Source of the DNA: an uncultured delta proteobacterium
GTDB taxonomy: Bacteria; Desulfobacterota; Binatia; UBA9968
NCBI GenBank assembly: GCA_963840855.1
Contig: CAWJBB010000068.1
Coordinates: forward strand, 32,001-96,000
DNA length: 64,000 bases
Direction of reading: 5' to 3'
The notes under the pieces were generated by a model, which worked only from the letters and a program-made list of their open reading frames with translations, was not told the origin of the DNA and searched no databases. The translations under genes and the position numbers were made by a program. Of this stretch, positions 20,705-30,293 are shown piece after piece (positions within the stretch are counted from its first letter, which is position 1; each line of letters starts with the position of its first letter).

Positions 20705-21688
20705 ATGAATAGAAACGTTTGGGTTCTTCCACTGACTGTTTTTCTGTTGCTGATTGCTGCTATTTCAGGGGCGCAGCAAGCGGCCAAAGTATGGAAAATC
20801 GGCGTGCTGGTTTCGGGCAACAAGGCGTCGAACGCGATGCGCGATGACGCGTTGCGCGAGGGGTTGCGGCAACTAGGCTACGAGGAGAACAAGAACATCG
20901 TCTGGGAGTACCGCTACGCCGAAGGCAAAACGGATCGCTTGCCGCAACTCGCGCGCGAGCTGGTCGAGCAAAAACCCGACGTCATCGTCGTGGGTGGCAC
21001 CAGCGTCGCCGTCGCCGCGAAGAACGCCACCAGTGCGATTCCCATCGTCGTCGCCGGCGCCGGCGACTTGGTGGAAGCCGGCCTGGTCAAGAGTTTCATG
21101 TACCCGGGTGGCAATGTCACCGGCGTTTCGCGCATGTCTCCAGATTATTTTGGCGCGCGGCTCAAACTGATCAAGGAAATCATGCCCAAAACCGCGCAGG
21201 TCGCGGCCCTGGCGAATCCTAAGAATCCCGGTTACGCGCGCAGTATCAAGGATGCCGAGTTGGGCGCCCAATCCCTCGGCATGACTTTCCAGACGGTCAA
21301 CGCGCGCACGCCCGACGAGCTGGATAACGCCGTCGGCAGCGCCGGCAAGGGCGGCGCCACTGCGCTCTTCGTCATGACTGACGCAATGTTCAATAGTAAC
21401 GTCGCGCGACTCGCCAAGGCATCGATCAAGTACCGGCTCGCTGCCGTCTATGATCGCCCCGACTTCGTGGAGGCCGGCGGGCTATTGAGCTACGGCGTGA
21501 ACCTGGCCGATTTAAACCGGCGTGCCGCTGAATATGTGGATCAAATCTTCAAGGGCAAAAAGCCCGCTGATCTGACGCTGGTGGAACCGACGAAGTTTGA
21601 CTTGGCGGTCAACTTGAAAACGGCCCAACAGATCGGCATCACGATACCGCCTGAAGTAATAAACCGGGCGGGGAAAGTCGTTAGGTGA
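20705..21688 (+). CDS. Orphan ABC-type substrate-binding protein (ABC_sub_bind)
   Basis: Signal peptide; close paralogue of 16573-17595 (shared VAGAGDLV, GNVTGVSR, YG.NLADL). Confidence 0.9.
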   Translation: MNRNVWVLPLTVFLLLIAAISGAQQAAKVWKIGVLVSGNKASNAMRDDALREGLRQLGYEENKNIVWEYRYAEGKTDRLPQLARELVEQKPDVIVVGGTSVAVAAKNATSAIPIVVAGAGDLVEAGLVKSFMYPGGNVTGVSRMSPDYFGARLKLIKEIMPKTAQVAALANPKNPGYARSIKDAELGAQSLGMTFQTVNARTPDELDNAVGSAGKGGATALFVMTDAMFNSNVARLAKASIKYRLAAVYDRPDFVEAGGLLSYGVNLADLNRRAAEYVDQIFKGKKPADLTLVEPTKFDLAVNLKTAQQIGITIPPEVINRAGKVVR

Positions 21689-21711
21689 AGCGCAGGCGTG
21701 AGGGTGAAGTT

Positions 21712-22794
21712 ATGCCGAACAAAATCCTGATCGTCGACGACGAGCCGTTTAACCTCGATCTCCTGGAACAAGAGCTCATGGATTATGATTACGTGATCGA
21801 AAAAGCGGCCGACGGCGTAGAGGCGCTGGAGAAGATCGATAGCTTCGACCCCGACGTCATACTGCTCGACTATATGATGCCGAGGATGAACGGCTTGGAG
21901 GTTGTCCGGCGCCTTAGAGAGAACGAAAAGCATAAGAGTATCCCCGTCATTCTCTTGACCGCGAAAGCAAGCCAGGAGGATAAAATCGCCGGGCTCGACG
22001 CCGGAGCGGATGATTACGTCACCAAACCGTTCGACTCCTTCGAGTTGTTGGCGCGGGTGCGGGCGATGCTGCGCATTAAGCAGATGCACGATACTTTGGA
22101 AGAGTGGAACAGGACTCTCGCCGATAAAGTGAGCCAGCAAGTCACCGAACTGCAGCGCATGGAACGGCTCCGGCGTTATCTCTCGCCGCAGATCGCCGAG
22201 ACCATCTTGGGCAACGAAGCAGCCCTGTTCAAGACGCACCGGCGGGAAATCACCGTGGTCTTTCTCGACCTGCGCGGTTTCACGGCGTTTTCCGATAGCG
22301 CCGAACCCGAAGAGGTGATGGATTGTTTGCGTCACTATCACGCCGAAATGGGCAAGTTGGTTTTCAAATACGAAGGCACGTTGGAACGCTTCATGGGCGA
22401 TGGTATTGTCGTGATCTTCAACGACCCGATCCCGTGTGAAAACCATTCGCAAAAGGCCGCCCAGATGGCGATTGAAATGCGCAACCGAGTCAAAGAATTA
22501 CGCGTCGCGTGGCTCAAGATGGGTTATGATCTCGATCTGGGCGTGGGTTTGGCGAGCGGCTACGCGACGCTTGGAACAGTTGGTTTTGAAGGCCGAATGG
22601 ACTATGGAACGATAGGCAATCTACCCAACCTGGCCGCGCGGCTCTGCGCGGAAGCTCAAGGCGGCCAGATAGTGACGGATCAGAAGACCATGAGCAAGCT
22701 CGAAGAGCACATCGAAGCCGCAGCCCTTGAAGGGCTGCGCCTCAAGGGGATCAACCGCCCGGTTACGGCGTATAATCTGCTCAACACAAAGTAG
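21712..22794 (+). CDS. Response regulator fused to a class III adenylate/guanylate cyclase
   Basis: REC domain, then VFLDLRGFTAFS, FMGDG, GFEGRMDY and NLAARLC. Confidence 0.95.
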   Translation: MPNKILIVDDEPFNLDLLEQELMDYDYVIEKAADGVEALEKIDSFDPDVILLDYMMPRMNGLEVVRRLRENEKHKSIPVILLTAKASQEDKIAGLDAGADDYVTKPFDSFELLARVRAMLRIKQMHDTLEEWNRTLADKVSQQVTELQRMERLRRYLSPQIAETILGNEAALFKTHRREITVVFLDLRGFTAFSDSAEPEEVMDCLRHYHAEMGKLVFKYEGTLERFMGDGIVVIFNDPIPCENHSQKAAQMAIEMRNRVKELRVAWLKMGYDLDLGVGLASGYATLGTVGFEGRMDYGTIGNLPNLAARLCAEAQGGQIVTDQKTMSKLEEHIEAAALEGLRLKGINRPVTAYNLLNTK

Positions 22795-22799
22795 CGGGG

Positions 22800-23732
22800 A
22801 TGAACCAAAACAATAGATCCGACGCGCGGCGGAGCGCATCATTCGTGGTGCGGTTCTGGGGCGTGCGCGGCAGTTATCCCGCCACCGATCCGGCGACTCG
22901 CGGAATCGGCGGCAATACCTCTTGTGTCGAGGTCGCGGTGGCCGGACAGCGCCTAATTTTCGACGCCGGAACAGGGATCATTCCTTTGGGCAAAGAGATT
23001 TGCAATGATTTTTCCGCGCGGCCCACCGCCTATGTCTTTTTGAGCCATACGCACATGGATCATATCATGGGACTTTGCTTCTTTGAGCCCCTCCTTACGG
23101 CCGGGGCGCGTTCGTTCATTTTCGGTCCGGGAAATTCCCGAGGAGCCTTGACTAGAAGTTTGCGGCAACTAACGCACAGCCACCTGTTCCCGGTAACCAT
23201 CGACGAGCTCAAAGGAAGAAAGGAAATTCACTCCCTTCAGGGCGGCGAGATCATTCGCTTTCCGTCACCCGGCAAAAGACCCACCATCGATAAGAATTCA
23301 CAATCGAATCGGCTCGACTCCGAGGAGCTTGAGATCACCGCCCTCAAGAGCGTGGCTCATCCGCGCTCCGGCGTGATGCTTTACCGGGTGAACTTCGGCG
23401 GGAAAAGTCTGGTGTACGCTACCGACGTCGAACAAAAGGAAGGCGGTTACCCTGAAATTATTGAATTCGCGCGGGGCGCTGATCTTCTGATCCATGACGC
23501 GCAGTACTTACACGACGAATATTTTTCCCAGAGTAAACCGAAAATGGGTTGGGGCCACAGCACCATCGAGATGGCCGCGGAGGTGGCCCGGAAGGCCGGC
23601 GTCCAGCGACTCGCGCTTTTTCACCACGAGCCGAGCCATGACGATAAAACCATGCGGGCTATTGAACGAGAAGGCAAACGGTTATTTCCACGATCGCTGA
23701 TCGCCCACGAGGGCATGAAATTATCATTGTAA
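22800..23732 (+). CDS. MBL-fold metallohydrolase (putative cyclic nucleotide phosphodiesterase)
   Basis: FWGVRGS, GGNTSC, SHTHMDH, HDAQY, GWGHS and HHEP. Confidence 0.85.
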   Translation: MNQNNRSDARRSASFVVRFWGVRGSYPATDPATRGIGGNTSCVEVAVAGQRLIFDAGTGIIPLGKEICNDFSARPTAYVFLSHTHMDHIMGLCFFEPLLTAGARSFIFGPGNSRGALTRSLRQLTHSHLFPVTIDELKGRKEIHSLQGGEIIRFPSPGKRPTIDKNSQSNRLDSEELEITALKSVAHPRSGVMLYRVNFGGKSLVYATDVEQKEGGYPEIIEFARGADLLIHDAQYLHDEYFSQSKPKMGWGHSTIEMAAEVARKAGVQRLALFHHEPSHDDKTMRAIEREGKRLFPRSLIAHEGMKLSL

Positions 23733-23739
23733 CAATCGC

Positions 23740-24726
23740 ATGGTAAACACCGTCACAGTGTTCACTGGAAATCTGCTCGCGATACTTTTCATGCTCGCTT
23801 GCGCGGCCTTCGAAGCCCAAGCACAAATGCACCGTATTGGCGTCTTGGTGCCCGAAATGGGCCGGGCGCAGTCCCAAGCGCAAAAAGGACTGATCGAGGA
23901 ACTGCAACAGTTAGGCTACCAACCACGGAAAAACGTCAGTTTTGAAATCCGCAATGCCAAGGGCAACCGAAATGCGCTTCAACCCGCGGCCAATGAACTC
24001 GCCGCGAGTAAAATCAATTTAATTTTTACCACCGGAACCAGAGCCACGCTGGCGGCAAGCGCGGCCACGCGCGATATTCCCATCGTTTTCGTTCATCCGG
24101 GCGACCCCATCGCGTTGGGTCTCTTGAAAGGTTCCGGAGAATCCAGAGGCAACGTCATGGGTGTCGCCGCCTTCGCGGCGCAAACGACGGACATCCGGCT
24201 CGCGCTTCTGAAAGAAATCTTTCCCGCGCTGCAAAAACTCCACATCTATTTTGACTCCAACAGCAGTTATGCAGCGGAGAATTTGGCTCTAGTGGAATCC
24301 GCCGCCAAAAAGCTGGCTCTACATGTCGTTAACCACGGCGTAAAATCAGTGGACGAGTTGAAAGCGAGCGTCAGCGCGACTCCGAGCGAGCAGGGCGCGG
24401 CAATTTTTCACATACCGGATGACCTGGTTGAAAGCGAGGTGGATTTCATCTTTGAAACGGCGCGGCAAAAGAAACTGCCGACGATGTTCAACGAGGAGGC
24501 TTGGGCCATCGCCGGGGCGATGGCCGCCCACGGGCCCAACTATTTTCAGATGGGCCGCCAGGCCGGCCGTCTCGCGGACGGAATTCTCAAAGGACAAACG
24601 CGCGGTTCCGTGCCGGTCCAGCGTGCCGCTAAATTCGATCTGACGCTCAATTATCGGACGGCCAACATTATCGGATTGCGCCTTTCTCAGGAGATCTTGA
24701 AAAAAGCCGACAAGGTCATTCGCTGA
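23740..24726 (+). CDS. Orphan ABC-type substrate-binding protein (ABC_sub_bind, divergent)
   Basis: RIGVL, IPIVF..GDP and LNYRTANIIGLRLSQEILKKADKVIR. Confidence 0.85.
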   Translation: MVNTVTVFTGNLLAILFMLACAAFEAQAQMHRIGVLVPEMGRAQSQAQKGLIEELQQLGYQPRKNVSFEIRNAKGNRNALQPAANELAASKINLIFTTGTRATLAASAATRDIPIVFVHPGDPIALGLLKGSGESRGNVMGVAAFAAQTTDIRLALLKEIFPALQKLHIYFDSNSSYAAENLALVESAAKKLALHVVNHGVKSVDELKASVSATPSEQGAAIFHIPDDLVESEVDFIFETARQKKLPTMFNEEAWAIAGAMAAHGPNYFQMGRQAGRLADGILKGQTRGSVPVQRAAKFDLTLNYRTANIIGLRLSQEILKKADKVIR

Positions 24727-24738
24727 CCGAGCCAACTC

Positions 24739-27405
24739 ATGGAGCCCGTCGCCGATACCATCAGAACCATTCCCATATTCTCCGGGCTTTCCCGCGAGGA
24801 TACCGCGAAGGTTCTCGGCAAAATGGAAGAGACTTCGTTTGCCGCCGGGACAACGATTGTTTCCCAAGGCGATCAGGGCGATGCGTTTTATCTGATTCAG
24901 TCCGGCGCGGTGCAGGTGATGTTGGAAAGCGACGCCGGCAAGTCGGAAGTCATCGCGGTGCTCGGGGCGAAGGACTGGTTCGGAGAAATGGCGCTGTTTA
25001 CCGGCGAGCCACGTTCAGCGACGATCTTGGCGGTAAAGCCGACGATTCTCTGGCGCCTCAACCGCGAGGCCTGGGATGATCTCATCGACAAACATCCGAC
25101 CTGGCTCTTGCAGCTCTGCGCGACCCTGAGCAAACGACTGTCTCACCTGGATCGGCAATATTCCACGGGACGCGAAGCATTCAACTCGTTGGCGGGAGAG
25201 TTCTACAGCTCGCGGCCGCCCGAGCAGCAACAGTTTTTCCGCCGCGCCTGTCTGCTGAGCGATATCGACAGTTCCACGGTAGAGCGGTTACTCGGCACGG
25301 CCGGGGCGAAATCATACCTGGCGGATCTCGAAAAGAACCGGTTCCGTCTGGTCCGCCGTCTGGACGGAACAAAATACGAGCTGCACAGCTACTTCAAAGA
25401 TTTCCTGCGGGAAAAGCTGCTCGAAACCGATGGCAAAGAAACCAAACTCAAGCTCGACCGGCAAATCAGCGCCGAGTATGCGGCGCTGGGCGATTGGCGG
25501 CAAGCGGTTTACCATTTGTTGGAAGCCGGCGACTCGCCCAAAGCGGCCGAGCTTCTGATTGCGCAAAAGGAGCCGTTGCTGAGCGACGCTGTTGGGTTTG
25601 TCAAGGCGGCCATCGACTCCTTGCCCAGGGATCAACTTTATTCCGACCCGCGCCTGGTTCACTTGCACGCGACGGCGCTGGCCCAACTGGGCGACCCGGC
25701 GGGAGCCGTGCGCATTTACAGAGAAGTTCTTTCTCAACGATCTCGAGAAATTGCCGGGGCCGAGGCCATCACTCGCCATATCCGCATGGCGGAAACTCTG
25801 GCGCGGCGAAAGGAATTTGGCCAGGCGCTTAGCGTTTTGCGCAGTGCCCTCGACATGGCCGGTCATGAGAGCGTGACATCGTCCGGCGACGTCTCGAGAC
25901 TTTACCTCGACGCGAACCATCAGACGGCGACAAACCCGTTGGGCGCAGCTGGGGTCGTGGCATCGCCGTTCCGTTACCGGCTAGGAAAATATTCCGGCTC
26001 AGTCGAAATAGGATCGGTCAGCAAATGGTTCGGCGCCATTCTCGGCTTGGGCCTATGGGGATATCTCTGGTTTGGCAAACCAGACATCGGCCTTGATGAC
26101 AGCGGCACGAAACTACTCGGATTGTTGTCCCTAACGTTGATCTATTGGGTTTTCTGGGTGTTGCCCGATTACGGTGTAGCGTTCATCTTCGCCCTGGGAC
26201 TGATACTTACCGGATTGGCATCGGGGGAAACCGTCCTGGGAGGCTTCGCCAGCACCACTTGGTTTATGACCCTGGGTGTGCTCGGCCTGGGAGCGGCGAT
26301 CACCGGCTCAGGTCTATTTTATCGCCTCTCCCTGCACCTGGTGCGGTTTTTCCCTTTGAGTTTTTATTGGCAGGTCGTCGGCATGGGCCTCATGGGCGTC
26401 GTCGTCATGGCATTGATCCCGCAACAGACCGCAAGAACAGTCGTCATCAGCCAGATGCTGGTGAACCTTTCCGAGAGCCTTGGCTATAAAACCCCTTCCA
26501 GGGCATCCACCGGTTTGTTCGCCGCAAGTTTTCTTGGACTGGGCCAGCTCGGTTTTCTTTTTCTTACGGGTTCCACCACCAGTTTGATCGCCTGGGGCCT
26601 GCTGCCCGCGGATGTGCGCAGCCAACTCACCTGGGGATATTGGTTTCTCGCCGCCCTTCCGCCCGCATCGATCGTCCTCATCATGGTGCTGGCCGCCATC
26701 GTTCTTATCTTCCGGCCCGAGTCGGAGCCGAAGATTTCTTATAAAATGGTGCAAACCCAACTGGATGTTCTGGGGCCGCTGTCCGCCAAGGAATGGATCA
26801 GTCTGGGAGTGCTCTGCTTCACAGTTACAGGGTGGCTTACGGTCTCTTATCACGGCATCGACGGCGCTTGGATCGCGTTGATTGCCTTTTGCGTTTTGGT
26901 CAATACCGGTGTCTTGGGCTGGCAAAATTTGAAAAAGGCGATTGATTGGGAATTACTCCTCTATATGGGCGTAACGTTGAGCATCCCCACGCTCTTAACT
27001 CAGGCCAGAATCGACCAATGGCTGGTGGAACTGATGACTCCGGCAATCGAACCTTTTATGAATCATCCCGCTTCGTTTTTCCTCGTTATCGCCCTGCTTA
27101 CCTACGCGCTCAAATTGTTCTTTACTAGTTTCCTTACCGTGGTAACGCTCTCCGTCGCGTTGGTGCCATTGTCGGTCGATGTCGGCATGAGTCCCTGGAT
27201 CATCGCCATGATCATTCTGATGGCATCGGAAGTCTGGTTTTTCCCGTTTCAGGTGGACTGGCACACGATGGCGTACTCCACCACCGAGAAAAAAGGTTTC
27301 AGCTATCCGCTCATGTGCCGCGTCAATCCCATCTACGCCCTCGCCTACATCACCGCCCTCATCGCAGCGATCCCGTATTGGAGATACCTCGGCCTGATGG
27401 ACTAG
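24739..27405 (+). CDS. cNMP-binding / MalT-like helical-TPR / DASS (SLC13) transporter fusion
   Basis: N-terminal GDQGDAFY…FGEMALFTGEPRSAT; middle YELHSYFKDFL plus TPRs; C-terminal ~450 aa multi-TM region with LIPQQTAR, FLTGS and LGPLSAKE. Confidence 0.85.
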   Translation: MEPVADTIRTIPIFSGLSREDTAKVLGKMEETSFAAGTTIVSQGDQGDAFYLIQSGAVQVMLESDAGKSEVIAVLGAKDWFGEMALFTGEPRSATILAVKPTILWRLNREAWDDLIDKHPTWLLQLCATLSKRLSHLDRQYSTGREAFNSLAGEFYSSRPPEQQQFFRRACLLSDIDSSTVERLLGTAGAKSYLADLEKNRFRLVRRLDGTKYELHSYFKDFLREKLLETDGKETKLKLDRQISAEYAALGDWRQAVYHLLEAGDSPKAAELLIAQKEPLLSDAVGFVKAAIDSLPRDQLYSDPRLVHLHATALAQLGDPAGAVRIYREVLSQRSREIAGAEAITRHIRMAETLARRKEFGQALSVLRSALDMAGHESVTSSGDVSRLYLDANHQTATNPLGAAGVVASPFRYRLGKYSGSVEIGSVSKWFGAILGLGLWGYLWFGKPDIGLDDSGTKLLGLLSLTLIYWVFWVLPDYGVAFIFALGLILTGLASGETVLGGFASTTWFMTLGVLGLGAAITGSGLFYRLSLHLVRFFPLSFYWQVVGMGLMGVVVMALIPQQTARTVVISQMLVNLSESLGYKTPSRASTGLFAASFLGLGQLGFLFLTGSTTSLIAWGLLPADVRSQLTWGYWFLAALPPASIVLIMVLAAIVLIFRPESEPKISYKMVQTQLDVLGPLSAKEWISLGVLCFTVTGWLTVSYHGIDGAWIALIAFCVLVNTGVLGWQNLKKAIDWELLLYMGVTLSIPTLLTQARIDQWLVELMTPAIEPFMNHPASFFLVIALLTYALKLFFTSFLTVVTLSVALVPLSVDVGMSPWIIAMIILMASEVWFFPFQVDWHTMAYSTTEKKGFSYPLMCRVNPIYALAYITALIAAIPYWRYLGLMD

Positions 27406-27525
27406 GCGCGACCGGAATACGCGCCCGTTCCCGAGGGATAAACTCTTTCGTTGTTCGCGCTCGTAGTTCGACCGTTTGACTTTGCTCACGACCCTCAGAC
27501 TTGATCAAGCTGCCAAGCAAAGACT

Positions 27526-29346
27526 CTACTTGTGGCGTTGCACGTAGGGCTCCATCGTCGCTTCCACAGCAGTGTCTTCTTCGCGGTAGAACGCCGCTGA
27601 AGTGTAAACCAGGAGTGGCGCTTCTCGGCCTTGCACCTTGACTCGTTGTAACGGCTTCAACGGCACCCCCTCCGGTAGTTCTGCGGCGGTAAACTCGCTG
27701 ATGAGCATCGGCACCCCCATCTCTTTTGTGAGCGCTTCAAGCCGGGAAGCGAGATTGACAACATCGCCAATCGCTGTGAAATCGGAGCGCAGCTCAGATC
27801 CAATACTTCCCACTACCGCATCTCCGGAGTTGATGCCGACGCCGATCTTTAAAGCCCGGCCCATAAGCTCCGCCCATTTGGGGTCGAGGTTTTCCACCAT
27901 TTCGACCATTTCGAGACCTGTCTTTACGGCTCTCAGGGCGTCATCGCCGTGAGATTTGGGCGATCCGAATACCGCCATCATCCCGTCGCCGATAAATTTG
28001 TCCACCGTCCCACCATGCTTGAAGACGATCTCGGTAGTTTTCGCAAAGTATTCACTGAGGAACGACACGACCTGTTCAGGCTCGATTTGCTCCGAAATGC
28101 TGGTAAAGCCTCGGACATCCGAGAAAAGCACGGTAATATGCCGGCGCTTGCCACCGAGCGCGAGACCTTCGCGGTCTTCCAAAATCTCTTCGACGATATC
28201 GCGGGAAACGTATCTGCTGAATTGCGCGCGGTAACGAAGGCGTTCTCTTTGCTCCCTGACATAATTATTCAGAGTCAATCCGCCATGGCTCAGCACGATT
28301 CCGAGGAGCGCCGGTGTCATGGGAAGCCAGAGCCGGTACTTTGAAAAAGCGATTATGCAACCCAAGACGAACAACGCGGCCAAGGCGATTACGACGGCGA
28401 AAGCCTTGACGGGTTTGAGCTGGATCGATGGCCAGATAGTAAACCCGCATAACAGGATAAAAATGAGCGCATGTTGCCAATCCGCGAGAGGGATAATTGG
28501 ATTGCCGGCGTAGAACGTTTCAATCAAGTTGGCCTGGATCTCCACTCCAGCCATCGGCTGGGTGGCGGAAAAAGGCGTGCCAAAAACATCGTGCAGGCTG
28601 GGCGCGAAGGAGCCTATGAGAACGATCTTATCGCGAAACACGGCAGGGTCGATTTCATCCCGCAAGATTCGGTAGTAGGGCACGGTTGGATAGGTGCGCG
28701 GCGGGCCGCGAAAATTGATCAAGAGTGGCTCCAGACCGATCGTCATGTCCGGCGTCCTTTTGGATGTCATCGCCGCTTGCTGTATCAGATGAGCAAAGCT
28801 AGGGTAGACCTTATCTTGAAAGGACAACGCAGGCCGAGCGCTGCGAACAAGGCCGTCTTGGTCGGTGACCAGATTCACCGGACCGTAGCCGAGCGCGTCC
28901 TCGCGAATCAAAGGAATCGGCAGGTTCATGGTCTTTTTGGGCCCGAAGTCACTCGCCACTTCGGTGAGCTCGCAGGCAAGAACTACGTTGCCGGCTTGTT
29001 TGATCGCTGCCGCGAGCTCGCGGTCCTCGCGCGGATCGGATTTGGGCTCCGTGAACAAAATATCGAGACCGATTATCCGGGCCTGGCTGCTTGAAAGCTT
29101 TCTGACCAGTGTGGCGTGAAGGTCGCGCGGCCATGGCCATGGTAAGTTGAGTTCGTCGAAAGAGTCCTGATCGATGCTCACAACCACAATGGGCGCTTCG
29201 GGGAGCATCGTTCCGCGCATTTGGAATCGCAGGTCCAGGCTGTGCAGCTCGATTTTAGCCAACAAACCAAGCTGGTAAGCGGTATAAATCAGCCCGGCCA
29301 GGCTCACTCCGATGATTACCGGCAGAAAATGCGCTTTAAGTTTCAT
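27526..29346 (-). CDS. CHASE2-domain adenylate/guanylate cyclase
   Basis: WPWPR, DILF.E and MAGVEIQA (CHASE2), three TMs, then FSDVRGFT, DKFIGDG and NLASRLE. Confidence 0.95.
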   Translation of the reverse strand: MKLKAHFLPVIIGVSLAGLIYTAYQLGLLAKIELHSLDLRFQMRGTMLPEAPIVVVSIDQDSFDELNLPWPWPRDLHATLVRKLSSSQARIIGLDILFTEPKSDPREDRELAAAIKQAGNVVLACELTEVASDFGPKKTMNLPIPLIREDALGYGPVNLVTDQDGLVRSARPALSFQDKVYPSFAHLIQQAAMTSKRTPDMTIGLEPLLINFRGPPRTYPTVPYYRILRDEIDPAVFRDKIVLIGSFAPSLHDVFGTPFSATQPMAGVEIQANLIETFYAGNPIIPLADWQHALIFILLCGFTIWPSIQLKPVKAFAVVIALAALFVLGCIIAFSKYRLWLPMTPALLGIVLSHGGLTLNNYVREQRERLRYRAQFSRYVSRDIVEEILEDREGLALGGKRRHITVLFSDVRGFTSISEQIEPEQVVSFLSEYFAKTTEIVFKHGGTVDKFIGDGMMAVFGSPKSHGDDALRAVKTGLEMVEMVENLDPKWAELMGRALKIGVGINSGDAVVGSIGSELRSDFTAIGDVVNLASRLEALTKEMGVPMLISEFTAAELPEGVPLKPLQRVKVQGREAPLLVYTSAAFYREEDTAVEATMEPYVQRHK

Positions 29347-29720
29347 GGGGCTCTGGTGGATCCGTGCAATCAGCGCTAAGCGACTGTTGATAGTCTGTCC
29401 TGTCGCATAATTCAATGCCCCTTCCAGTCAGATAAACTGGATTGACAGGTGAATCAATAACTCCTTGGCACTTGTTGGCGGTTTACGATTTCTCGTTAAC
29501 CCCAACTCGGTTGAACGCGCGCCTGTTTCTATTTCCCGGACGAATCCGGCGCTCTTCTATGCGCCCTGCGATGAACGACAAAACCTCGTAGTGGGTCCGA
29601 CCAAATTTGTCTACGCTTCCGCTCATCAGTATCTTTACCGGGTTCGTATTCCCTCCCTTATGACCCCAGGAGTCACCAATAGTGAAGCCCTTTCTTAACG
29701 CCCTACTTTACGCCACCGAT

Positions 29721-29736
29721 TGGCATGCTTACTGCA
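29721..29736 (+). promoter_or_regulatory. Sigma54 -24/-12 promoter
   Basis: TGGCATGCTTACTGCA has GG-N10-GC spacing, 55 bp upstream of the ATG at 29791. Confidence 0.6.
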
Positions 29737-29790
29737 CCTGCGCCGGGGAACATTCAATCCCTGAGCCGGCGTCAACGCCGGTGTGGCGAC

Positions 29791-30243
29791 ATGAAAACTT
29801 TACCGAAGACAATTTTTGTCAGTCTGCTGTTTCTTACCTCATGTTCCACAGGTATGGTGGGTTCCTCATCGACGCTCCGAGCGGATCCGGAAATTTTTTG
29901 GGTGGGCGAATTAGAGGTTAGGCTCTATCAAGATCGCGAAAAAATGACTCGCGAGCTGCCGCCGTCCTTGGCGTTGCCAGGCGCCTTGAGGATAGGCGGC
30001 AAGCAGCTCCAAATTTTCGGCTACTATGACGAACAAAACAAACGGATTTTTTCAGTAAATGACGCCCGCGTTCTGCTGCACGAAATTAAGCATTATTTGG
30101 AACCGCATTGGCGGCATGAAATTGGCGCTAACTACCTCGATGCGTTGGGGCAGGGTATCCAATCCGCCTGTGTCGATTGTGCCGCTCCGACGCCAGAGAA
30201 GAGCTCGGTAGTCAATCCCATCCTCGTCGGCCAATCCCGTTAA
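29791..30243 (+). CDS. Hypothetical lipoprotein with HExxH motif
   Basis: Lipobox LTSC, LLHEIKH and a C-terminal CxxC. Confidence 0.6.
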   Translation: MKTLPKTIFVSLLFLTSCSTGMVGSSSTLRADPEIFWVGELEVRLYQDREKMTRELPPSLALPGALRIGGKQLQIFGYYDEQNKRIFSVNDARVLLHEIKHYLEPHWRHEIGANYLDALGQGIQSACVDCAAPTPEKSSVVNPILVGQSR

Positions 30244-30293
30244 GTGAGCGGCGCGATCAACGCCGCAGAGCCAGCTCAAGACTTCCTGAGAAT

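Noticed and set aside
29466-29481. TGGCAC-containing candidate sigma54 promoter
   Set aside because: GG-to-GC spacing is 9, not the required 10
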